This document shows positions 52,783 to 63,602 of a stretch of 64,000 nucleotides of DNA, piece after piece. Positions within the stretch are counted from its first letter, which is position 1, and each line of letters begins with the position of its first letter. This DNA is from an uncultured Planctomycetota bacterium (GTDB lineage: Bacteria; Planctomycetota; Planctomycetia; Isosphaerales; Isosphaeraceae). The notes beneath the pieces are model-generated. The model was given only the letters and a program-made list of their open reading frames with translations, made no database searches and was not told where the DNA came from. The stretch covers positions 768,001 to 832,000 of the forward strand of contig CAWGMQ010000011.1 in assembly GCA_963823665.1 (NCBI GenBank), given 5' to 3'. The position numbers were made by a program, and so were the translations under genes.

Positions 52783-53265
52783 TCGAGTTTTTCTCTTTGG
52801 TGTGATGCTGGATGAAGCTCTGTCATCGCTCCCTCCGGTACCCTGAGGTCTCGTCTGCCGGCGGTTCGGCGTGCCGGGGGCGAGTCACGGCGCTTTCTGC
52901 GGAGGGGGGCGAGATCCGCTATGTCCCCCCGGCGGGCGATGAACAGGGATGCCGGCGGCGATTCGCCAGCCCCCAGGACATGCCGGTGCGGACAAATGCA
53001 ATCGATGGGGCTGACGGCGAGCCGGAAGAGACCCGCTCAAGACGTCGCGGGATCTCGACCTGCTCTCGCCATCGCTCATCAGTAATATACAACGCCTGGG
53101 CAAAAAGGAGAAATCGAGAGAGTTTTAGCGTCGGCGGGAACTGTTCGCATCATGCGGATTCTAACGCCGAGATCGCGCTGCAATCGCTGTTGAAATCCGT
53201 ATTGCCGTGTGAACCGTCACCACACATCGTGATCGGGAGTAGGCCGCTACGTCGCGAGCGCCCCG

Positions 53266-54687
53266 TCATGACTCAATTCCGATCAGCTCTCCCTCGCCCA
53301 TCAGGTACCCGCGCTGGCCGTGTTGGGTGAGGTCGAGACCGAGGTCTTCCTCTTCCGCCGTGACCCGCAGGCCGATCAGGCGGTCGATTGCGACCAGGAG
53401 CACGGTTGTGACAACGACTGTGTAAAGCACGACAACGAGCGCGGCGCCGGCCTGCGCGACGAGCAGTTCCGTGTTGCCGGCGAGCAGACCGCCCGATCCG
53501 CCCGTAAGGCTGGCGGCCGCCACGAAGCCGAGCATGAGCACTCCGGCTAGCCCGCCCACGCCGTGCACACCGAAAACGTCGAGCGAGTCGTCGTAGCCCA
53601 GCTTTCCCTTCAGCGCAATCGCAAAATAGCACAAGGGCGCCACCATGAAGCCGATGGCGAAAGCGCCAAGCGGGCTCACATAACCGGCGGCCGGGCTCAC
53701 CGCAACCAGCCCGGCGACGGCGCCGGTACAGGCGCCCAGTACGGTGACCCTTCGTTTCTGAAGATACTCGAGCAGGCAGAAGCTCACGATCGCGGCCGCG
53801 CCGGCGAGGTTCGTCGACACGAACGCCACGACCGCGGCGCCGCTGGCGTCCCGAGCTCCCCCGGCGTTGAGGCCTTGCCATCCGAACCACAACAGACCGG
53901 TGCCCACAGCCGTGAGAGTCAAGTTGTGTGGGTGCAGGTCTTCATGGTCGAGGCCCCTGCGCTTGCCCACGACACGTACGCAGCAAAGGGCCGCCAGACC
54001 GGCGGTCAGATGAACGACCAACCCGCCGCCGAAATCGAGCGCCCCAAGTTGCTTGATCCAGCCGCCGGGCCCCCAGACCCAGTGGGCTACGGGGTCGTAC
54101 ACCAGCGTCGACCAGAGAACGGTGAAGATCAGGTACGACGAGAACTTCACCCGCTCGACGATCGCCCCGGAAATGAGGGCCGCTGAAAAAATCGCGATGA
54201 GCATCTGAAACATCATGAAGAGCTGGTGCGGTATCAAAGGCGCCACTGCCGGATTCGGATCGACGCCCACCCCGATGAGCAAGAGCCATCGCCCGCCGCC
54301 GCAGAAACCTCCGAGGGCGTTACCGCCAAAAGCCAGGCTGTAGCCGACGAGAAGCCACTGGAGCCCAATGGCTCCCAGCAGGATGAAGGTCTGCTGAAAC
54401 GCGGAGAGCACGTTCTTGCGGCGTGCCATTCCGCCGTAGAAGTGGCCGAGCGCCGGTATCATCGGCAATGTGAGTGCGCAGCAGAGCACCATCATCACGG
54501 TGTCGGCTGCCTGAAACGGAAGGTCCGGCGGCGGGGGCAGGGGCAAGTCGGCCCCGATCGTGCTCGGGTTCCCGGCGTCTTCACGAGCCTGCGCCGGCGT
54601 GCCTGCCCAGGCCCGCCGCGCCCCGATCCAGGCCGCCAGCAGCGCTGGCACGATCATCCACCAGATTACGTTCTTCCGTCTCGCCAT
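53266..54687 (-). CDS. amt: Ammonium transporter (Amt family), atypical pore residues
   Basis: FYGGMARRKNV, GYSLAFG, SGAIVER, HWVWG, DFGGGLVVH, DDSLDVFGVHG, LRV..EEE..GLD..QHG. Confidence 0.92.
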   Translation of the reverse strand: MARRKNVIWWMIVPALLAAWIGARRAWAGTPAQAREDAGNPSTIGADLPLPPPPDLPFQAADTVMMVLCCALTLPMIPALGHFYGGMARRKNVLSAFQQTFILLGAIGLQWLLVGYSLAFGGNALGGFCGGGRWLLLIGVGVDPNPAVAPLIPHQLFMMFQMLIAIFSAALISGAIVERVKFSSYLIFTVLWSTLVYDPVAHWVWGPGGWIKQLGALDFGGGLVVHLTAGLAALCCVRVVGKRRGLDHEDLHPHNLTLTAVGTGLLWFGWQGLNAGGARDASGAAVVAFVSTNLAGAAAIVSFCLLEYLQKRRVTVLGACTGAVAGLVAVSPAAGYVSPLGAFAIGFMVAPLCYFAIALKGKLGYDDSLDVFGVHGVGGLAGVLMLGFVAAASLTGGSGGLLAGNTELLVAQAGAALVVVLYTVVVTTVLLVAIDRLIGLRVTAEEEDLGLDLTQHGQRGYLMGEGELIGIES

Positions 54688-54943
54688 GATCGCGCTCCGC
54701 CAGCTCGCCGCTCAGACCATTCGCAGTCTGCAGCACAACACGCTGTTTGACTCGTCGTTCGGCCGGGGAGAGACGTCCCATGTTAGAGCCCGTGACCGGT
54801 TGTGAAAAGACGGTTGAGAGTAGCAAAGCGCCGTGCGATCAGGTGGGCCGCCAGGGATGCCCTCGCACGGATCGAAATGACCAGGCTGCCTTGAACATGT
54901 GCTGAGTAAACGAACACTCGCAGAGTCTCAGCCGGCCGCCTGA

Positions 54944-56773
54944 CTACTCCCGATCCCACGGTTGCGCCAGCGTTGGCTTGCCTGCGTATCGTTTCATGGT
55001 CATGGACAACCGCGCGCCAGCGCCTGGCTCGAGCCGTACGCGAAAACTTGAGCCATGCGGGTCGACGGTCCGGCCTTCGATCGAAACGCGTTCAAAGAGA
55101 TGCTCGCCGTACGCGCCACCCTGGATGATCACGTCTCGTGAATCAGACTGATTCAGGTTCACCAGAACGAGCGACGTCGAGCGGTCGGCGAGCTTTTCTA
55201 CGAGCGCCGCCACGTCTTCCGGCAAGCCAGGGCGACGGCGGCCCGGGTCGAAGTAACGAAGCCGCGCGTGCAGGACCTCGCCCTCGTGCTTGGGCGGCAG
55301 CCCGCCGAGCATCAGTTGAACGAGCAAACCCACCATGGCCGGGTTGAACGCCATCGGGTCGTCGGCCAACCGGGTGTCGGGCGTGGTCACATCCCGCCGC
55401 ATGGCCTCGACCTTGTGGCGGATTTTCTCAAATTCACCGCGCAGAGCGGCCTCGGGATAGGCGGGATTATTCCCGTCCAGAAACGACAGCCAGCTTGACT
55501 CGCCTACGGGCCGGCGATCCGCGTCGCGCATAGACCAGTAATAGAGCTCGAGGACTCCTTGTCTGTACGGATCGCTCCGGTAGTCGTACCACCCCTGGTC
55601 GCCGTACATATGGGGATAGACGGTGCGGCCATTCTCCTGGCGACTATGAGAATTGACCGCGACGATCTGCTTGCGCCAGGCATCGAGATATCGGTCGTCG
55701 CCGGTCAACAAATAGGCGTTGCCGAAGCCGTTGAGCGCCAGGTCGACGTGTGTGCGATGCGCGGGCCGCTTGGTGGCCGGGTCGATGACGGTGAACCCCC
55801 AGCCGTAGACGCCCCCATACCATTTTCCACCGCAGGCGCCGCCGATCGTGCCGTCCAATCCGATGTTCGAAGGAATGATGCCGCCGTTTGCGCACATTCG
55901 CTCGAGCCAGGCGTCGACGTACTCGATGATCCATTGCCGGTAGCGATCCTCGTGGGTGAGCATGAAGGCGTTGAGCGCGAGCGTCGTCGCGCTCAGGTTC
56001 ATCGGCGAGTCGCCGATGATGTCGTTGTAGTCCTTGAAATGCTCGAGCATCTGCGCGTAGCTGTGCTCGCCGTGCCCGAGGTGGAAGCGGTTTTCGACCT
56101 CGATCGGGTCGCCCGCCCAGTCGAGGGCGGTTGCCTTCCGAAGCAACGGCCCCCGGCTGCCGTTGAACAGGCTGCGGATGATCTTGTGCTTCGGATCGTA
56201 ATTCGGAGCGCCGGGATCGTCGTTCAGGTAGAACCCAGCGTACCGCGTCACTCGCTGAGAGAACCGGGCATCCCGCGGGTCACATAGACCCTCGAGGTTG
56301 AAGACCGAAAGCCCTTCGCCCAGATGCAGCCAGTCGAACATGACGTGGAATTCCTTGTAATACATCCCGTCACGCGCAAACGGCACATCCTTGGTCCGGG
56401 CCAGCGTGTACTGCCGGAGGTTTCCTTCCCACGCTTTCTTGAACATGCTGAGGATCGAGTCGGAGGCGCCGAGAGCATAGAGCACCGGCCAGTCATTCAC
56501 ATTCTCGATCGCGTCGTCCGGCCCGTCGTCGCCCCCCCAGCGCTCGACGCATTGGAGGTAGCCTCGATCGTCGAAGTACTTTTTGTAGAATTCCTCACAC
56601 GCGCGGGTACTGGCGCGAAGCAGCTCGCGTTCCAGGAGCGCCCAGGATGGCGGCGCCATGGGCGTCTCGAGGCGAAGCACGGCCTCCTCACCCGCCGCCG
56701 CACCGCGCGCGAAGGACACAACCAGGGCGATCGCGAACACTCCGGCCCAGATCCTCGATAAGTAGTTCCTCAT
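54944..56773 (-). CDS. Secreted conserved hypothetical protein (609 aa), possible (alpha/alpha)6-barrel enzyme
   Basis: Signal peptide, acidic RWGGDDGPDDAIEN motif, DWLHLGEG, GGIIPSNIG, aromatic-rich, C-terminal beta domain. Confidence 0.75.
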   Translation of the reverse strand: MRNYLSRIWAGVFAIALVVSFARGAAAGEEAVLRLETPMAPPSWALLERELLRASTRACEEFYKKYFDDRGYLQCVERWGGDDGPDDAIENVNDWPVLYALGASDSILSMFKKAWEGNLRQYTLARTKDVPFARDGMYYKEFHVMFDWLHLGEGLSVFNLEGLCDPRDARFSQRVTRYAGFYLNDDPGAPNYDPKHKIIRSLFNGSRGPLLRKATALDWAGDPIEVENRFHLGHGEHSYAQMLEHFKDYNDIIGDSPMNLSATTLALNAFMLTHEDRYRQWIIEYVDAWLERMCANGGIIPSNIGLDGTIGGACGGKWYGGVYGWGFTVIDPATKRPAHRTHVDLALNGFGNAYLLTGDDRYLDAWRKQIVAVNSHSRQENGRTVYPHMYGDQGWYDYRSDPYRQGVLELYYWSMRDADRRPVGESSWLSFLDGNNPAYPEAALRGEFEKIRHKVEAMRRDVTTPDTRLADDPMAFNPAMVGLLVQLMLGGLPPKHEGEVLHARLRYFDPGRRRPGLPEDVAALVEKLADRSTSLVLVNLNQSDSRDVIIQGGAYGEHLFERVSIEGRTVDPHGSSFRVRLEPGAGARLSMTMKRYAGKPTLAQPWDRE

Positions 56774-57226
56774 TTCGCGTAATTCCGCACCATGGTCGAA
56801 CAGTGAAATAAACCCTTCGCAATCACGGCCACTGGATTAGTCAGCCAGCCGAGTTTCTCGCGCGCCGCGAGCAACGTCAACGCACCGCGCCCGCTACCAG
56901 CCAGGGACGAACGGAAATCACTGATTACAGAAGTGGGGCAGTGCATCTTGAGCCAATCTGTTGCTGCTTTCCTGCTTTCCTAATTCAACCACCGCCAGGG
57001 GAGAGAGGGCGGGACCGAGCACGGAATGAAGGCCAGTTTCGACCAGATAGAGACTGCCAGACGAAGCGGTGATGCTGGTGTCTTCGTTGCAGGTGCGCGC
57101 AACGACTCAGCTCGACATGCTGCGAAACACGCGGAGTCAGATGAAGTCATAGATATGGCGTGGCAAAGATCGGCGTTGACGGGCCGGCCAGGCGTTCGAG
57201 CTTGATTAGTTCGGCGCGACGACGGG

Positions 57227-60200
57227 TTAGTTGCGGCTCTCCAACTTGGCAGCGAGCGCCTCGACGTCGTTCCAAAGTTGCTTGAACGTGGCTCGCTCCT
57301 CGTCCGAGAGCTTCGCAAGCTCTTGGGTGTCGCGAATGCCGGCCAGGTCTATGTCTTCCTGCCAGTGCTTGAGGGTGGAAGCCACGAACGGCCTGGCTTG
57401 AGGCGGGCCGGAGTCGACGATCTTAGACCAGGCACCCAATTCAGCCTTGAGCCAGTCGAGAGCGTGCCGGCGTAGCTTGGCCTTGGTGGCATTGTCTGGC
57501 GGTGGATCGTCGCTCCCCTTCCCGCTGCCGGCCAGCGCAGCGGAGCAGGCGGCGTTATAGCGGTGCTGAGTCTGGCGATTGTCGCCGAGCCCGGGGTCGG
57601 CCGCCAGCGCCTCGGCCCAGAACCGTGCGGACGTCGCGTGTAACGTCTTGTCGTAGGCTCTCTTTGCGAGTGCCAGCCGTTCAACCTCGTCCGTTGACTG
57701 TTGATGGCCCTTGATGATCCCGGCCAGCCGCGCGTCGAGGGCGGCCTTGGCTGGGTCCGAATCGCGAAGCTTCGCCAGGTCACGCTCGGCCTCGGCGGCG
57801 CCGGCGGAGTCGCTGAGCCCCTGGAGAGCGCTGATCAGGTTGACCAGGTGATTGTCGAGGAACTGTCGATAGTTCGGGTTCATGGGATTGGTGGCCAGGG
57901 CCTTGCTCTGCGATTCGACGGCTTGGCGAAGCCGGTCGCGAGCGTTCTCGAAGCGTCTCCCGCGGATGTCGATTGTTGCCAGGTTATTCAAGGTCGCTCC
58001 CAGATCGCTGGCGAAATCGGGCGATTCGGGGTGTTCCAGCGCCAGCGCCTGGCAGATCGTCAGGGCCGACTCGTAGGACTTGAGCGCCTCGGCGGTCTTC
58101 CCTATATCGCGCAGCAGGTTGCCCGTGTTGATGTGGCTGCCCGCCACGTCGCCCCTGAACTTCGGGACAGTCGGGTTTGCGTCGGCCAGCTTCTGGCGGA
58201 TCAGGATCGCCGAATCGTAGAAATTGTGCGCCTCCGAGGGCTTGCCGGTGGCGCTTAGTAGGTTGGCGATGTTGGTTTGGCTAGTCGCCAGGTCGAACAT
58301 GAATGCTGTCACGGTGGGGTTGGCGTCGAAGAGTTTCTGACGGATCACAAGCGCCTTCTCCAGGGCCTTGAGCGATTCGGCCGGCTTCCCGGTGGCCCAC
58401 AGCAAGTTGCCGATGTTGGTGTGGCTGCCCGCCAGATCGCGTTGGATCTCGGGGTTTTTGGAGTCGGCGTCGGCCAGTCTCTGCCAGATTGCCAGCGCCT
58501 TCGCGTGGGCCTCGAGCGCCTCGGCGGGCTTGGCGGTGACGCTCAGCAGAACACCGATGTTGTTGTAGCTGAGCGCCAAGTTGTACTGGAAATCAGCAGG
58601 AGTGGCGCTTCCGCCGGCCAGCTCTCGACGGATCGCCAGCGCGTGTTCGTGGGCCTCGAGCGCCTCGGCCGGCTTTCCGCTGGCGCTCAGCAAGAGTCCG
58701 ATGTTGTTGAGCGTGGTCGCCAGAGCGCTTTTGAAGTTCGAAATCTTTGGGGTTGGCGCCGGCGAGTTGTTGATAGATTTTGAGCGCCCTCTGGTAGGCC
58801 TCGAGCGCCTCGGCCGGCGTTGCATTGGCACTCAGCAGGTTGCCGATGTTGTTGTGGGTGACCGCGAGGGCACGCTGCAACGAGGTGTCGGTGGGATTGG
58901 CCTCGGCCAGCGGCTGCAAGACGGCCAGGGATTCCCGGTAGGCGGTCACGGCGTCTTGCTTGTCGCCGATCTGGTCGCTCAGGATGGCCAGCTCACGGCT
59001 GGCTTCGGCCAGACGTAACAGCGATTCCGGGCGGGAGTCGCGGTCGGTTTGCACGCGGTTGCGAAGGCCGCGGAAGAACTCGAGCGGCTCCTTGAGCAAC
59101 GTCCTGCGCAGTTCCTCGAGCTCGGGCGTGTTCTTGAGCTTGGGGTTTTCGGCCACGGCGTCGCGGAACTTCTTCACGGCGTCGATCGCCAGTGCCTCGC
59201 GGGCTTGCACTTTGGCGTTGGCGTCGATCAGGGCGGTATTGGCCATTTCCGCCCGGATCAGCCCCCAAGTCGCCACCGTGATGCCGCCCAGCAGGGCCAG
59301 CAGCACCAGACTCGCGGCGATCACTGCGCCACGGTTCTTGCGGACGAACTTTCGCAGCCGGTAGGCGCGGCGTGGCGGCGCAGCCACGACCGGCTCGTAG
59401 GCCAGGTGCCGTGAAACGTCGTCCGCGAATCCGTTGGCCGTCTCGTACCGCCGAGTGCGATCTTTCTCGATCGCCTTCATCACGATCCAGTCGAGGTCGC
59501 CCTTGAGCACCCGCTTCAGTTGTTCGGGCTCGATATTGCGGCTGGCGGCGATACTGGGCAGGGCGTCCGCGGTGCTCACCTTGGTGCTCGGCCGTGGTGG
59601 CTCGACCTCCCGCACCATCCGAAGCATTTCCAGGATCGCCCCTCGCCCCAACTCCCTGGCGTCGATCGGCGGCGAGCCTGCGAGCAGCTCGTATAGGATC
59701 ACCCCCAGCGCGTAGATATCCGTTCGGGTGTCGATGTCCATCGAAGACGGGTCGGCCTGCTCCGGTGACATGTACGCCGGTGTGCCGACGATCACCCCTG
59801 TATCGCCCAGGCTCAAGTCGGTGAGATCGAATTCCGTTGCCTTGGCGACGCCGAAATCGATGACCTTCGGGGTCGGCCGTCCGTCGACATCGGTGACCAG
59901 GACGTTGCTCGGCTTCAAGTCGCGGTGGATGATTCCCTTCTGATGGGCGTGTTGCACCGCGTGGCAGACGGCCACGAACAACTCCAGCCGCGAGCGAACG
60001 GACAACCGCTTGCTGTCGGAATATTCGGTGATCGGCACTCCTTGCACGAGCTCCATCACGAAAAACGGTTGGCCGGCGGCGGTCGTGCCGCCGTCGAAGA
60101 CGCGGGCGATGTTGGGATGGTCCATCAGCGCAAGCGCCTGCCGCTCGGCGTCGAACCGAGCGAGCACCGCACGCGAGTCCATGCCGATCTTGATCAGCTT

Positions 60201-60479
60201 GAGCGCCACCTGACGCTTGACCGGCTCGGTCTGGTCGGCCCGATAGACGGTTCCCATCCCTCCCTCGCCGAGCGGTTCGAGCAGCGTGTACCGGCCGGCG
60301 ATCACCTGGCCCGCGACGACTGCGCCGAGCCCGCAGCTCGGCGGCCCGCCCGTAAACGTGCTGGAGGCTATCCCTCGTCTGTGCTCGCCGGTCGCCAGTT
60401 CCGACGGCGCACGTGTTTCCGGGTCGGAGGGCTCCGTCGCGTCCAGGTCTGCTGTCAAGTGGGGGTCGGCATCGGGCAT
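57227..60479 (-). CDS. Ser/Thr kinase + TM + TPR repeats; frameshift near 58730
   Basis: [41 protein letters not shown], repeated LA.S..NIG.LL..TGKPAEAL, and a C-terminal YNAACSAALA...WQED.DLAGIRD domain. One extra A in an A-run. Confidence 0.9.
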
Positions 60480-60554
60480 CGGTTCACCTCCGCGATGAGT
60501 TCTCACTCACAATACCGCGTCCGGCTCGCGAGTGCACCACGGGATCTGTAACAG

Positions 60555-61418
60555 TCAGACTACCAACCAAGCGTCGAGCGCGAGCGTCGTCGCGCTCAGG
60601 TTCATCGGCGAGTCGCCGATGATGTCGTTGTAGTCCTTGAAATGCTCGAGCATCTGCGCGTAGCTATGCTCGCCGTGCCCGAGGTGGAAGCGGTTTTCGA
60701 CCTCGATCGGGTCGCCTGCCCAGTCGAGGGCCGTCGCCTTGCGAAGCAACGGACCCCGACTGCCATTGAACAAGCTGCGGATGATCTTGTGCTTCGGATC
60801 GTAGTTCGGTGCGCCCGGGTCGTCGTTCAGGTAGAACCCAGCGTACCGCGTCACTCGCTGAGAGAACCGGGCATCCCGCGGGTCACATAGACCCTCGAGG
60901 TTGAAGACCGAAAGCCCTTCGCCCAGATGCAGCCAGTCGAACATGACGTGGAATTCCTTGTAATACATCCCGTCACGCGCAAACGGCACATCCTTGGTCC
61001 GGGCCAGCGTGTACTGCCGGAGGTTTCCTTCCCACGCTTTCTTGAACATGCTGAGGATCGAGTCGGAGGCGCCGAGAGCATAGAGCACCGGCCAGTCATT
61101 CACATTCTCGATCGCGTCGTCCGGCCCGTCGTCGCCCCCCCAGCGCTCAACGCATTGGAGGTAGCCTCGATCGTCGAAGTACTTTTTGTAGAATTCCTCG
61201 CAGGCGCGGGTGCTGGCGCGAAGCAGCTCGCGTTCCAGGAGCGCCCATGAGGGGGGCGGCATGGGCTTCTCGATCCGCAGCGTCGCTTCCAGCGGCACGG
61301 CCCCGCGCGAAGCTGCGCTCCAGGGCAAAAGAACAACGAGGACGACCATCCTGGACCCAACGCACTGCCAATTGTTCGGCATTGGATTCGACTCCACCCT
61401 CGAAAAAGGTGATGCCAT
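60555..61418 (-). pseudogene. 3'-truncated paralog of the 54944..56773 gene
   Basis: Near-identical protein from PPSWALLEREL to LSATTLAL, then DAWLVV*. Different N-terminus. Confidence 0.8.
60571..61260. repeat. ~0.7 kb direct repeat of 55968-56657 (offset 4603 bp)
   Basis: Long identical stretches with scattered synonymous differences toward the ends. Confidence 0.9.
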
Positions 61419-61645
61419 TTGAAGCGAGTGATCATTTCTACCCTTGGATCCGCCCGTTCGCCACGCTTGGGCGGCGGTATCCCTCTCCGGGCAACGCGAT
61501 CGAAGAGCTGTCGAGATCGTCGTCTAGCCCCGACGACAACAGGATTGCAAACGCCGAAATTCAAGGCATGATCGAGGTGTGGGACGGGACGCCGGTCCCA
61601 AGCGATTCTGACGGATGCATCGACACGAACCGCCTCGTCAACTCG

Positions 61646-62170
61646 TGAGATGCCGTGCGAGCTGGGGCCGACTCGATCGAACACGCAACCGACATGGACG
61701 ACGACACGCTGGCCGAGATGGTGCGGAGGAAGACGTTTTACGTCCCGACGATCGATCATAATCGCTATTACTGTGACGCTCGCGAGCAGTTCGGCTACGG
61801 TCCAGACGTCGCAACACGCTTGCAGGCGTACCTCAATCGCAACCTCGAGACCGCGCACAAGGCCGGTGTGCGGTTTGCGATGGGCTCTGACGCCGTATTC
61901 ACCATGTTCGGCCAGAATGCGCGCGAGCTGAGCTGGTTCGTCAAAGCCGGAATGACTCCGGCGGAGGCGCTTGCTGCCGCCACAAGCAACGGGGCGGCAT
62001 TACTCGGGATGGAGAAAAGCCTCGGCGCGGTCGCGTCCGGCTATTATGCCGATCTGGTGGCAGTCGAAGGTGATCCACTCGCGGATATCAGCGCCGTGAC
62101 CGATCGCGTGCGGTGGGTGATGAAGGGCGGTAAAGTCGTCGTCGACAAAACAAGTCCCCCGACCCATTAG
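61646..62170 (+). pseudogene. Amidohydrolase C-terminal fragment
   Basis: AVRAGADSIEHA, MGSDA, GMTPAEALAAAT.NGA..LG, G.YADLVAV.GDPL.DI, VMKGG. The N-terminal HxH half is missing. Confidence 0.82.
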
Positions 62171-62224
62171 TTACTCATACTCACCTTTGTACAAGGCTCC
62201 CATCGATCTCCTCCAAGGCATGGC

Positions 62225-62406
62225 GTTCCGTTCGGAACGAGCGGGTCCGGTGCGCCAGGGTTTCGTCGGCACGTACGAGAGCGCTCTCCAGCACGAATTC
62301 GCTGACGTCCGGCCCGCCGATTGCGCGGCACAGCGAACTCCCGCAATGGACTTCTTGCCGTTTCGGTGCGAAGATCGATCGTCGGGCGATGGCGATGTGA
62401 CGCCAT
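62225..62406 (-). pseudogene. Decayed DUF1778 (TacA-like) antitoxin
   Basis: Fragments in shifting frames: IDLR..., AAQSAGRT, SEFVLESALVRADETLAHRTR. Confidence 0.6.
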
Positions 62407-62468
62407 GAGCGGCGCTTCGAATCGACCGGAGAAGGCCCGGACGCGATCCGCGATAGATGGGAGGCAGT

Positions 62469-63569
62469 ATGGACCCAACGGTGCGCGAATCAGTGGAACG
62501 GCTCGAAGAGCGGGTCGGCCGTCTTTCGAGCCAGATGGACGAATTGCGCCAGAACGTACGGCAGGTTGCTGCCGTTGCAGAGGCCGATCCGGAGATGGCG
62601 CTGACGAAGGCGCGCAAAGTGCTAGAAAGCGTGCTCCGCCGGGTGTGGGAGCACTTCATACCGAATGAGCCGATCGGGACCCGGCCGCTCGAGGAAGTAC
62701 TCCAGCGGCTTCAGAAGAACGGCTATCTTCCGCGCAAGCAAGCGGCGTACGCAGTCGCCGTGAAGGAACTGGGCAACGTCGGCACTCATGTCCAGTCCAC
62801 GACGAGAAGGTAGACAAGAGGGATGTGGCGCAGGCCCTCAACCCGTTGATTGCGGTCCTGGAGTGGTACTTCGATCAGGACTGGGTGGAGGGCAGCGCTC
62901 CGGCGAAGCCAGGCAAACCAGACCCGCCTGTCGACACCGGCTTCGGTCCGGTGCACGTTGGTGGCAAACCCGAGCGCGGCTGGAGCCCGCGGCTCGTCGT
63001 CGGATTGGCTTTCGCGCTCGGCGTGATGCTGGCAGCGGTCATCGCCGTCGGATTCTCTGGCATGTTCCGGGGCCGGGAGACCACTTCTCCGGGCGCCGAG
63101 CCGACTGCTCGGACGGTCGCTGAGCCGGTCACTCCGGCAATCGCCGCGAAAGCACCCCGATCTGACGAGGATCGAATTCAAGGCCGGTGGCAGTCGGTGG
63201 AGGGGCAAGCCAACACGAGAAAAACCGCCGGCATCAAAGAGACCGACCACGTGTGGATTTGGACGTTTCGGGGCACGCACCTGTCGACCGGCTCGCTGGC
63301 TGACGGAAAGGTACAAGCCAACGATCGCGGGACATTCTCGCTGAGCCGGAGCGGCGAGCAAAGGTTGTTCGACTTCGAGGGCACGCGGCCGAATGGCGCT
63401 GACGGTCGAGCTCAAGGGAATCTACGAGTTTGAGGGCGAGTTCCTTAAAGTCTGCTATACGTTCCGCACTGCGGTGGATGAAAGCCGCCCCTTCGCGCGG
63501 CCAAAATCGTTCGTCCTGGAACGCGGCACTCGAGGACTTTGACTGAAATTCACGCGTGTGGGCGAGTAG
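62469..63569 (+). pseudogene. DUF4145-like + TM + TIGR03067-like domain protein, disrupted
   Basis: ALTKARKVLE...KELGNVGTH, TM, DRIQGRWQ...LKGIYEFEGEFLKVCY...RPKSF. Lesions: GTCCA duplication at 62790, +1 near 63398, TGA at 63540. Confidence 0.7.
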
Positions 63570-63602
63570 TAGTGTTTCCGGCCAGCCTCGCTCAACGCCT
63601 GG

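Noticed and set aside
52783..53265. Possible ncRNA or riboswitch in the long intergenic region
   Set aside because: No recognisable Rfam motif by eye. Kept only as a check under the repeat-protein finding.
54405..54687. MARRKNV occurs both at the Amt start and internally
   Set aside because: The codons differ and the match is only 7 aa, so no evidence of a recent duplication. Treated as coincidence.
54821..54840. Possible sigma54 promoter upstream of amt (TCGCAC...TTTGCT)
   Set aside because: It lacks the invariant GG at -24 and the spacing is off by one.
56780..57226. Intergenic region with the short CTGCTTTC tandem and ORF 56980..57318
   Set aside because: The repeat is too short to interpret, and the ORF overlaps the kinase end and has no motifs.
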